DNA from: Octopus bimaculoides
Lineage: Eukaryota
Assembly (NCBI RefSeq): GCF_001194135.2
Contig: NC_068989.1
Span: forward strand, 12,219,494 to 12,283,493
Direction of reading: 5' to 3'
Length of the DNA: 64,000 nt
In this document: one piece after another, positions 38,068 to 49,543 of the stretch
Position numbering within the stretch: the first letter of the stretch is position 1
How the letters are laid out: each line of letters starts with the position of its first letter
Translations under genes and position numbers: made by a program
Notes under the pieces: generated by a model
Told to the model about the DNA's origin: nothing
Database searches by the model: none
Seen by the model: the letters and a program-made list of their open reading frames with translations, nothing else

Positions 38068-41000
38068 CGATGCAACCGCTGTCAGTTTCAGTGCTGGTCC
38101 TTTGATCGAAAGACCTACGTATCCGATTTGAATTATAGCGTAAAGTCGTTTGGGAGTATCACAAATATTAGTGCTTCGAATGCAATTCTTAGATTGATGC
38201 TGCCTGAAAGTATATCAAAGTGGACATTCGAAATTACACTCATTTCCAAAAGAACTAAACCCAATAAAATAGCTAACAAAGGAATTTACCAACCAAACAA
38301 GTAACTTTTGTAGTTTTTCATTAGGCTTTAGACAACCAGAAGCTACAGAAGACTGTTCTGAGATTATACTGCGCAACTGATTTCAGTTCTAGATCAAGAA
38401 TAATGCCCTTTGAGTGTAATTTATTGTGAGATAAAATTAATGTTATTTAATTTTTGGTGTCTCAGATTCATAGTCTTAGATATATTCACCGTTTACTATC
38501 AATTTTGGGAGGTCTATATTTTTTAAATGATGTCCTAAACGTACATGGACATTAAATAGTGAGACTCTCTGTCTGTTTGCTGAAGAAATTGAAATGGAAA
38601 TCTCTTCATCTGAAAAGCAAAAAATAAAAACAACATTAGCAAGACATTTTTATTTGAATCTTTTGAATATTCATGGACACGTGAGTTTAGGACGTCTAAA
38701 AATGCCAAGATTATATTCCATAATATTTCTTGTATGTCATCTCTTGTATGGGTAGAAAGTGTTATTTATTTGAAGCATGTTCAGATTGTTCAAGAACACA
38801 ATATTTATGCTGGGGGTTTTCATGTGAATCAAATGTAAAAATAAATATACGTTTCAGAAATATTTTGTATTAGTGTTGTTCGCAATCCCATTGTATTACA
38901 TATTGTAAAAGGCAGGAAAGTTTGAGCTTCGTTTCAGAGTAAAATTATGATTATTTATTCATTACAATCATGCCTTTATAAACATCTCAAATATTAATTT
39001 CAAAAAGTAATAAGTATAACAATAAACTACATTTAATCATGGCGTTTAATTATTTTTTCTCTTTAAATTATTATCAATCATTGTTCTTATATTTAAATGT
39101 TGTCAAATGTTTTGAGTGTTATTTAAAAAAAAAATTGTTGTAAAAGTAAATAAATAAAGTTAACACATAAAAGCTGCCATATTCACAATGTGCAGACATC
39201 AACATACCAATTATTCTATTAGATAACGACATGAATTTTTAATGTTGATTTATAGTGCCGCAAATCTCTTGAAATAAAACATAAAAGCCATTGCTAACCT
39301 ACCGCTGCTAATTCGTGCAAAATTCTACTATGTAAGAGATTGTAAAAGAAGAATAGAGATAAAAAAATTACACAAAAATAATACTTATTTCAATTGAAAA
39401 CTTTAACTATTTCTATTAATATATTTGTAATAAAATTCAAAAAGTGATACAAAAGTTGCGTCATCTTCAACAACGGTAACAAAAAGAACAGGAAAAAACA
39501 TGAATAACAACAATATTAGTATTAATAATAATATGCATCAACAATGATTTGAACAACAAACAAGAATAGTTACTGTATTGAAAAAAAGTCGAACTCATGC
39601 TCTTTAGGAAATATAACGGAAACAGAGAAGTCTTAATTAAATTCAATAATGCATAAATGATTTGATTTGTTTAATTGTTGAAAAATACATAATGGACTCA
39701 TATATAAAGATAACTGATAGACAGTCACGTGGTGAGTTTCCATGCAACATAAATTCAGATTTAATTTCTATTGTTCTGCATCTGAATAGAAAATACTCAT
39801 TAACTCCCTTGATCCGATGAGCTATGCACTAAGAGAAAAATGACAGCCCTGAACAGCGTGAGTATTAACTTGTCAGAAAGTTTAAAAAGAGACATGCAAT
39901 TGTTATGTTCATTTATGGAGGCTATTTTAGGAATTTATGGATATTTGTTTTTCATTAGTGATAATTCATGTGTTTAAAAAGAAGTACCAAAATGGACGAG
40001 CATCTAACAATAATTTAGAATTACCAATAACAATAGTTCTTATCCACAGTCTGATTATAAAATTGCCATANNNNNNNNNNNNNNNNNNNNNNNNNNNNNN
40101 NNNNNNNNNNNNNNNNNNNNNNNNNNNNNNNNNNNNNNNNNNNNNNNNNNNNNNNNNNNNNNNNNNNNNNNNNNNNNNNNNNNNNNNNNNNNNNNNNNNN
40201 NNNNNNNNNNNNNNNNNNNNNNNNNNNNNNNNNNNNNNNNNNNNNNNNNNNNNNNNNNNNNNNNNNNNNNNNNNNNNNNNNNNNNNNNNNNNNNNNNNNN
40301 NNNNNNNNNNNNNNNNNNNNNNNNNNNNNNNNNNNNNNNNNNNNNNNNNNNNNNNNNNNNNNNNNNNNNNNNNNNNNNNNNNNNNNNNNNNNNNNNNNNN
40401 NNNNNNNNNNNNNNNNNNNNNNNNNNNNNNNNNNNNNNNNNNNNNNNNNNNNNNNNNNNNNNNNNNNNNNNNNNNNNNNNNNNNNNNNNNNNNNNNNNNN
40501 NNNNNNNNNNNNNNNNNNNNNNNNNNNNNNNNNNNNTATATATATATATATATATGTTCATATAATGATATCTACACAATGTATTGGTGAGATAAAACCT
40601 GTAATCGTTACCAAAATAGCAAAAATTCGTCCACAAATGTCTATAGTAGACTCCTTATAGATCGATATCCTTGGTTATATCTCAAAAATTTAATTAAGAA
40701 TTTTGACGCTAATATCCATTTATATTAAAGAGTCAAAACTCTTATTTAAATTTTTGATATATATATATATAACCTAAATAATAAGTCAAAGATCTCCTTT
40801 AGCACATCGTTAAGGATTTATTACAACTGTTTCTGTAATAACTCTGCTTCAATGTATGCAATATTCGTAGTCAAAATCTACGTAATTTTTACAGTTTTAA
40901 ACATTTGAGTGGCACTTCATCAGACTTTCATCAAAGGCGCGCTCTTATATTGTAGTCTTCCAGATATTGTTGTTTTTTTTCTTAGCTTATATCAGAACGA

Positions 41001-41164
41001 GCCACAAGTAACTAAAAGCATGGCTAGGGGATGAATAATTAATATAGAGATCATATGGAAGGATGAAGAAGAAGAAGAATACGAAGAATGCGAAGAAGAA
41101 AAGGAAGAAAATATGAAGAAAGAGAAGAAAAGAAGAATAATGGGTAGGATGCTAAAGATATTAA

Positions 41165-41948
41165 TAAATGAGGAAAAGACATTTACAAAACTCTAATCTC
41201 TGATTCCGGTGCTCTTCTAGCAGGGCTCCAGACAATTCCGAAAGACCCCATGGACGTCCATCAAATCTACGGTGTCTAGAACGCGCCCTTGCCGCAGCCT
41301 CTTTCACTTTCTCATTCATCTTGAAGAATAACCAAAATTTCCATGGAGCGAAGTCTGAAGTGTAGCGAGGGGTGGGACAGTATTGTTGCCCCTCTCTGTT
41401 AAGGAGTTGATTACCAGGATGGAATTGTGGACTGGTGTATTTGTGACGAAATCCCTTCCTGAACTCCCTCAAAACCTCCACAAAGTAATTTTGTTTGCCT
41501 TCTAGCCACAAGGAACCTAATGGATATAAATGGTACCCTTAATGTTCTTGAATGCTCTTGGATCATCGCGAGCCACCCTATGGACTTGCTTTGGCCGTTC
41601 TCTTGTGCCGTCAAAAACAGATATCCGGTTCACAGAAGTTAATCCAATCCGTAAGAACTCTAGAGCATTTCATAAGTTTCTCTAGTGTTTTTACCCAGTT
41701 TAATAGAGAACTCTGTTGCGTTGCATTTGCATTGCAAATAGACTTTGCATCCTGACAATATTCTGCTAAATAGTCAACTATGAGAAGCTGTATTTAGTAG
41801 GGTTAGGGTTAGGGTTGTTAGAGACGTCTCCTTCAGGCAACACTGCTTACTAGGTGTATAGTAAGGATATACTAAAATTATAATAATCTACGCATTTTAT
41901 AATTGCCTCTACTAAAAAGTCTAAAAATGTCTGGAATGCACTTCGTGT
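41165..41948 (-). mobile_element. Second mariner-family element, internally deleted and decayed
   Basis: 5' part FSIKLGKNTRETYEML; 3' part PRYTSDFAPWKFWLF (PYSPDLAPCDFWLF-like). Confidence 0.75.
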
Positions 41949-42246
41949 ATGCGCGCATGTATGTATGTGTATATACGCATTCATCGATCCATCGATCGAT
42001 CGATCGATCTATCCATCCATCTACCGACCCAAACACCCACCCTCCCACAAACACATACATACATGCATACATACATACATACATGCATACATACATATAT
42101 ATTGTGCTAACCCCAGCATGAATCGAACCCACAGAGCAACGCTAACATGGCTTCTTGCGAATCGGATAAGAGCCAAATGCTCACTCGTCAATTTCAGCCA
42201 AATGTAGTTAATATATACTTAAACAGTCTAATACTACATATAATAT

Positions 42247-42366
42247 TTGTAAACAAACGCGGAAGGTATTGTAAGTTACGGAGAAGAAGCTACTATTGTT
42301 ATACTATGAGCCTTCCATAGTAGCTTTCTCTCCGTAACTTATAAAGCTTTCCGCGCTTGTTTACAA
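42247..42366. repeat. 120-bp hairpin (MITE-like)
   Basis: Arms 42247-42296 and 42317-42366, 43/50 identical, 20-nt loop. Confidence 0.9.
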
Positions 42367-42670
42367 AACATGTAGCNNNNNNNNNNNNNNNNNNNNNNNN
42401 NNNNNNNNNNNNNNNNNNNNNNNNNNNNNNNNNNNNNNNNNNNNNNNNNNNNNNNNNNNNNNNNNNNNNNNNNNNNNNNNNNNNNNNNNNNNNNNNNNNN
42501 NNNNNNNNNNNNNNNNNNNNNNNNNNNNNNNNNNNNNNNNNNNNNNNNNNNNNNNNNNNNNNNNNNNNNNNNNNNNNNNNNNNNNNNNNNNNNNNNNNNN
42601 NNNNNNNNNNNNNNNNNNNNNNNNNNNNNNNNNNNNNNNNNNNNNNNNNNNNNNNNNNNNNNNNNNNNNN

Positions 42671-42709
<39 letters not shown>

Positions 42710-43359
42710 ATGTATATATGTATGTATGGGTGCAGTAGTGCTCGAACGTTGGAGCTGTCACTCGGTTAGCTGGTCATCAGCAACCGTTGAATTACAGGGG
42801 AGGCGAAAAAGTGGAGTAAGTGAGGTAAATGGCGGAATGGCTTACGAGTGGTTGTTCTCTATCCACAATGAGAAGCCATTACTGTCTGGGACGGAATGTA
42901 TGGAAACCTGTCAAAATCTAAATTCGTGCAAGTTGAATTGGTGCAAATTGAATTGGTGCAAATTTTAAGTTCAACACAAATAAAGAGCGACCGCACTAAA
43001 CAGGGAGAGAGATAGAGATAAATAGATAGACAGATAAATAGATAGAGAGAGTGTGTGTGTGTGAGGGAGAGAGGCAGAGTGTGAGAAAAAGTGAGACAGG
43101 GATGAAACAAAAGCGAGAAGGAGGGAGAGATTAAGAGTGAAGGGAAGAGAGTAAGAGAACGGTGGGGAGAAAGGAGAGAAAGAAAACAAATGGAAACGAA
43201 TGGAAGCTCTTGAGAGAAGTGCTTCAAGTTGCTGTATTGATAAATAAGAATAAAATAAACAAATACAAGAATAATCTGAAGTGGATAAATGATGAATACA
43301 TAAACGGGGTGGAGGGGAAGGTGCAGTTTTTAATTTGGTGATATAATTGTTACTAAATA

Positions 43360-43550
43360 TACCACCACTACCATCACCACCATCATCATCATCAACATCC
43401 CCACCACCAACACCACCATCATCACCACCATCATCATCATCATCACCACAATCTTCGTCTTCGTCATTATTATTATCATCATCATCATCATCATCATCCT
43501 CTTCCTTCTCCTCATTATTATCGTCATCAACATCATCATCATCATCATCG

Positions 43551-43587
<37 letters not shown>

Positions 43588-43986
43588 CATCCACCTCATT
43601 GTCATTGATATTTACCCTCCTCCTCCCCTCGTCGTCATCATCATCGTCCTCATCGTCATTATAGACAACGTCACCGTCATCTCCGTCCACATCCTTTTCG
43701 TCAACATCATCATAATCATCATAATCCATCATCATTATCATCATCATCATCATCATCACTATCCTCATCCATATCATTGTCATTGACATTCCCTTCCTCC
43801 TCCTAGTCGTCGTCATCACCCTCAGCATCAACTTCATCGTCCTCATCATCATGACGTCCTTGTCATCTTCTTCCACATCATTTTCGTCAACATCATAGTC
43901 AACATAATCCATCATCATCATCATCATCATTTTAGTCGACACATTCCTCTTTCTCCTCCTGATCCTCCTCCTGCTCCTCCTGCTCC
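43360..43986. repeat. Degenerate (CAT)n array with a ~180-bp higher-order duplication
   Basis: TCATTGTCATTGA..TT.CC.TCCTCC and ACATC.TTTTCGTCAACATCAT each occur twice, about 180 bp apart. Confidence 0.85.
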
Positions 43987-44854
43987 NNNNNNNNNNNNNN
44001 NNNNNNNNNNNNNNNNNNNNNNNNNNNNNNNNNNNNNNNNNNNNNNNNNNNNNNNNNNNNNNNNNNNNNNNNNNNNNNNNNNNNNNNNNNNNNNNNNNNN
44101 NNNNNNNNNNNNNNNNNNNNNNNNNNNNNNNNNNNNNNNNNNNNNNNNNNNNNNNNNNNNNNNNNNNNNNNNNNNNNNNNNNNNNNNNNNNNNNNNNNNN
44201 NNNNNNNNNNNNNNNNNNNNNNNNNNNNNNNNNNNNNNNNNNNNNNNNNNNNNNNNNNNNNNNNNNNNNNNNNNNNNNNNNNNNNNNNNNNNNNNNNNNN
44301 NNNNNNNNNNNNNNNNNNNNNNNNNNNNNNNNNNNNNNNNNNNNNNNNNNNNNNNNNNNNNNNNNNNNNNNNNNNNNNNNNNNNNNNNNNNNNNNNNNNN
44401 NNNNNNNNNNNNNNNNNNNNNNNNNNNNNNNNNNNNNNNNNNNNNNNNNNNNNNNNNNNNNNNNNNNNNNNNNNNNNNNNNNNNNNNNNNNNNNNNNNNN
44501 NNNNNNNNNNNNNNNNNNNNNNNNNNNNNNNNNNNNNNNNNNNNNNNNNNNNNNNNNNNNNNNNNNNNNNNNNNNNNNNNNNNNNNNNNNNNNNNNNNNN
44601 NNNNNNNNNNNNNNNNNNNNNNNNNNNNNNNNNNNNNNNNNNNNNNNNNNNNNNNNNNNNNNNNNNNNNNNNNNNNNNNNNNNNNNNNNNNNNNNNNNNN
44701 NNNNNNNNNNNNNNNNNNNNNNNNNNNNNNNNNNNNNNNNNNNNNNNNNNNNNNNNNNNNNNNNNNNNNNNNNNNNNNNNNNNNNNNNNNNNNNNNNNNN
44801 NNNNNNNNNNNNNNNNNNNNNNNNNNNNNNNNNNNNNNNNNNNNNNNNNNNNNN

Positions 44855-45125
44855 AATCTAAAAACAGAAACAATTCCTATCATAGTAGGTGCCTTAGGTA
44901 TAATAAAAAAATATTCAGACAAATACATAACAAAAACACCAGGACTTACAAATATATATAACATACAGAAAATTGCACTACTGGGTACTGTACACATTCT
45001 ACGCAAAACACTTTCAATACAGTAAACATAAGAGCACCACAGCAAACCACAGCACATACCCAAGGCGCACAGAGCTGCGCTCGGTAGTGAAGTGAAAGCA
45101 CGTTATAAAAATAAAACTACTGAAC

Positions 45126-45165
<40 letters not shown>

Positions 45166-45170
45166 GTAAT
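44855..45170 (+). mobile_element. R4/Dong-clade non-LTR retrotransposon 3' end with (TAA)n tail
   Basis: Open frame 44855-45025 NLKTETIPIIVGALGIIKKYSDKYITKTPGLTNIYNIQKIALLGTVHILRKTLSIQ* (IPIIVGALG...QK.ALLGT.HILRK motif of RLE-type R4/Dong elements), ~100-nt UTR, TAA repeats; the 5' part lies in the gap. Confidence 0.85.
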
Positions 45171-45667
45171 AAATGCCCGGATGCAATACCAGGCTGTGGC
45201 TCTCATCGCATCTGATCTTAATTGATTAGAAGTGTTATCATGTACATTGTTTTGTCTTGGTATAAAAAGATGGGCTACAGCAAATATTCTGCTTAATACG
45301 ACAATTTGCTGGTCAGTTTTTTAACCTTAACCATTTGAGCATGTCCCTTAGTGGCTGACGATATGTGCATCTCTGATCACGAGCAGAAGTACTGGGGGAG
45401 CATCATAGCCATGTCTTGAGAGGAATTCTTTGGAGTTTGAATAATTCACATTTCGAAACATGGGTGTTTTGCTCAACATCCTTAAACAAATCTTATTCAG
45501 TGACCTTTTGAGCAGTATGGGCTACTCATCCTGAAGGAAATTCTAACTGGGCCCCACATGCGAGGTCATGCGCTGTTTATCTTGATATGAGATCACCATG
45601 TCGCGCACATATGGTTATGATGCATGTGCCTGGCGTACCCGTATCAGACGGGTAGTCATGATGGGTA
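45171..45667. mobile_element. Non-coding complex segment flanked by (TAA)n, probably a retroelement UTR fragment
   Basis: Higher GC, sharp TAA-repeat boundaries on both sides, no ORF. Confidence 0.5.
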
Positions 45668-45677
45668 TAATAATAAT

Positions 45678-45885
45678 AACAAAAGCACTCAGACAGCGCA
45701 AACCTCCGCCAAGGCAACACCAATGATTAGCCAGAGGTGATTTTTAAAATGAGAATATCTGAAAATGAAAATAGACTCGACTACTCTCACAAACGAAAAT
45801 CCTAAAAATGAACCCGACGACTCTCAAAAATGAAGTAAAAAAAACTGGAAAAATAATCCAGAATCATAGTGCGGTACCTGATCTG
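45678..45885 (+). mobile_element. Truncated Helentron/DINE-1-like non-autonomous element
   Basis: Starts AACAAAAGCACTCAGACAGCGCAAACCTCCGCCAAGG, recalled as a HINE-type terminal motif. Confidence 0.4.
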
Positions 45886-45957
45886 TCCTAATGGCCTCAT
45901 GGAATGTGGAGGTGGCTGTAGAAAATTTAGTAACTATCACACACACACACACACACA

Positions 45958-46088
45958 GAGTAAGCGTCTTTCAGTTTCCGTCCACCAAATTCACTGACAA
46001 GGCTTTGTACGGCCTGAGGTTACAGCAGATGACACTAGTGCAGAGTGTCACATAGTGGGACTGAACCCAGAAACATGTGGTTAGAAGA
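45958..46088 (-). mobile_element. Partial tRNA-headed SINE (family C, CORE-like)
   Basis: Minus strand CCACATGTTTCTGGGTTCAGTCCCACT... with B-box-like GGTTCAGTCC; homologous to 49436-49543. Confidence 0.65.
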
Positions 46089-46284
46089 CTGTATTTAAAT
46101 ATATTTAGTTTTTCATCTGTAACGGTATTGTGAATATGTACGTTGAATTCTTTGTTTTTTTGCTGTGATTAAGTTTAGTTTGGAATGCTGGTTATCTTGT
46201 CCTATACGTTGTTATATATGACGGGTGAATTTATTATATCAGTTGTAAATTTTATTAAATCAACTGGGGTTCTTATGGCTTTAG

Positions 46285-46620
46285 AGTGTCATGTTTTTTT
46301 GTGATATAGAGTAAATTGAGGTGTGATTTTGATTATTTCTGTCGTCTGTCAGCATGTGATTGAATTTTCTATTCACAGCTTCCTTTCCGATGTTCATATT
46401 GTCACTTATCCGAAGTCTTAGCTTATTAATGTTCTTCATTCTTGGCGTTGTTATGCATGTTGTTTGGTCTCCACTTTTTATCATTTGTTACCGTTCTACT
46501 AATAACCATTCGCTCTTTTATTTCTCCTTTCTTTTTTCTCCAGTTATTTTGACTATTGGATCTTCGATCAGTTTGTTGTTTCTAGTTTGAGTAGTTTCAG
46601 AGAGATTTGACCATTTGTGG
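46285..46620 (-). mobile_element. Possible old R4/Dong-like ORF fragment
   Basis: ..NIGKEAVNRKFNHMLTD.. weakly resembles the pre-RT IW.KEA.HN..A.WL.D motif. Confidence 0.3.
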
Positions 46621-47016
46621 TAGATCAAATGAACGTGTAAAAACAAACAAAATGCCTGGTGGAAACGTGATATTGTTAGTAAAATTATAATCATTGGAAG
46701 TCGCATATGAATAGGGTGAACATTGAAGTGTTTGTGGTCATGGCTTAAGATTCTAGGCTTGAAAATTATTTTGTTCTCTTTATTGCGTTTATTTCTACAG
46801 ATAATTACTTAAGTATCCAATACATCTGAAATGTAATTTCGAACTTTTTTTATAGACCTTAAAATTCTGAAATGAAATGAAATCGTTATTGATTTGATGT
46901 GATTGCTTGTTTGTTTCGGCTGACTTGGAAAAGAAGAGGATGCTCACAGCAAACACGCGTTAACGAACATCAAACAGAAGGAAATCAATATCACATACAT
47001 AACTCACACTCGCGCC

Positions 47017-47103
<87 letters not shown>

Positions 47104-47590
47104 GCGCGCGCACACACACACACATACACACACGCGTGTGTGTATAATATTAACAGACTATTAAAATTAATCATTTTCAAGAGTCATTGTGATGGAATCA
47201 AATTGAATTTTGAAACTTGAAATAATTTGAAATAATTTAAATTAATTGAATATTTCGAACTTAACAATATGAAATGTTTGATTAATTTTTATTAATAAAA
47301 GATTTCTATTTTGATTGTTTCCATTATGTCACTAAAATTGCTAAAATTGGTCACACTTTCGGAAATGACGATCCCTCTTGTATCTGCGTCCTTGCACGCA
47401 CACAACACGCACATAGACACATATACACATATATACATACACATACACACAAAGGCACACGCACAAATACACAGAAACACAACCACCCTCACACACACAC
47501 ATATGGAATTACACACATATGCACACATAAGCAGGCACTCATAAATATGTCTGAATAAATACGCCGCCCCCCACATATGTACGTATATAC

Positions 47591-47960
47591 TTTTCTACTC
47601 TAGGCACAAGGCCCGAAATTATAGGGGAGTGTGCCAGTCGATTAGATCAACCCCTGAACGTAACTGGTAATTAATTTATCGACCCAGAAAGGATGAAAGG
47701 CAAAACTGACCTCGGCGGAATTTGAACTCAGAACATAAAGACAAGCGAAATACCGTTAAGCATTTGACCTGGTGTGCTAAAGTTTCTTATTTCTTTACTG
47801 CCCACAAGAGGCTACACACAGAGAGGACATACAAGGACAGACAAACGGATTGAGACGATTATATCGACCCCAGTGCGTAACTGGTTCTTATTTAATCGAC
47901 CCCGAAAGGATGAAAGGCAAAGTCGGCCTCGACGGAATTTGAACTCAGAACGTAGCAGCA
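47591..47960 (-). mobile_element. 5'-truncated dimeric SINE (family A)
   Basis: Same monomer junction (..AAAGAAATAAGAAAC.TTAGCAC..) as the other two dimers. Confidence 0.9.
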
Positions 47961-49332
47961 TATATATATATATATACGTATATATACACATGGCGTTTTT
48001 AGTAGATTCAGTTATGTGGAGGCACTGGGGCAAAGTCTTTGACCACAGTCTTGAGATAAAGTTTTGTTTTCTTTAGAATACGATATGTATTATAAACACT
48101 TGAATTCAATGGATTTGAAATGGTAGACTGATTTACGAGTAGTTTTTTATATCGAATTTAAGCTTTTCGTTATGTCATTTGGACCAGATAAAAGTTTGAT
48201 CAACTAAATGTAGCTGCATGAGTGTGTGCGTGTGTGTGTCTGTGTGTGTGCGCGCGTGAAAAAAGTCAAGTGGTCTTTGATAGAAGACGTAATGTCTCTG
48301 ATGTTACTAACAGATTTGATGAGGGTTTTTTTTTATTTGTCAGCGTGATAAGGATGAAGGAAGAATATCAAAGTAGGAAGAAAATATGTAGTGCTTACTT
48401 AGATACCAAACAGATATTTGTGAGACGCTTCTTAATATTGGCAACTGGATCGTGATAGTATCAATTGGGCATCGTAATAATGTACTAAGAAGGAGCACAA
48501 ATTTTAATTACAGATCTAAATTATTTTGGCAGTATTGATGAAGCCCTTGTATGAACGTGACACAGAAGTTTCCTAAATATAAAATAATGTATAGATGTTA
48601 GTGATATGTTTTATTGTTAGTCCAACTAAAGCATTTAGGTAAGATGAATGTTACTGATTACCTGATGAATGGCCTTTCATTCTAGGCAATAATTTAGGAA
48701 TTTAATCTGGCAACCGATCTTAACAGGTTTATACGTTAGAATGAATAAATAATTCATGATAGTAAATTTATTCTGCTTTAGGATTAATGATACTAAATTA
48801 ATATAATTTATATGAAGCATTGTGAAATAGAGTGATAATCATTTATAGAAGACTCTGCAATGCAAATTAAAATTAAAAGAGTGACAATGGAAGATAAAAA
48901 AAAAACAAAGATTTGCACTTATCCATTATAGTGTGAGGTATCGATTTTAAAAGTCCGTATAAGCAGAAAATTGAATGAGGGATTAGCTGTGATATTCAAC
49001 GATATCTAGAAGGGGAGTAGGTTTCCGACATGCACAGATTAGTAATATTATACTGTTAGCTAGTGAAATCCGTGAAATTAGAGGTAGTATTTTTTCTTGG
49101 TGAAAGAGAAAATTAACTTATAAATAAGTATGGTATGAATGCTTTATATTTTTAAAGCGAATTAGAGCTTACATGATATATCTTGAAGCGACACCTACAC
49201 CTGCATAACAATTCTTCGCGTCATTGCCACCTGAGAAACACCACAACACTATCAAATCACATTCAGAAATCAAGAGACGAAGGGGTGAGATTACCAGTAT
49301 CTAATGGCATTTTAATTGTAAAGCACCGATAA

Positions 49333-49543
49333 GTCGGCGAGCTGGCAGAAACGTTAGCACGCCAGGCGATGTTCTCACCGTTATTTCGTCTGCCGTTACG
49401 TTCTGAGTTCAAATTCCGCCGAGGTCAACTTTGCTATAGGCTATTGTAGAAGACTCTTGCCCAAGATACTATGCAGTGGGACTGAATCTGGAACCATGCG
49501 GTTTGTAAGCGAGCTACTTACCACACAGCCACTCCTGTGCCAG
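49333..49543. mobile_element. Family A SINE head (+, 49333-49435) fused tail-to-tail with a family C SINE head (-, 49436-49543)
   Basis: GGCGAGCTGGCAGAAACGTTAGCACGCC...GAGGTCAACTTTGCT|ATAGGCTATTGTAGAAGAC...CACACAGCCACTCCTGTGCC. Confidence 0.8.

Noticed and set aside
42971-43942. 323-aa Asp/Met-rich ORF (and similar long ORFs at 5359-5970, 6251-6556, 20491-21070, 29348-29993)
   Set aside because: Translations of trinucleotide arrays; no splice signals or complex sequence.
43927-45063. Long ORFs spanning N runs (also 8656-9339, 30847-31626, 56202-56952, 61324-62547)
   Set aside because: Open only because of assembly gaps.
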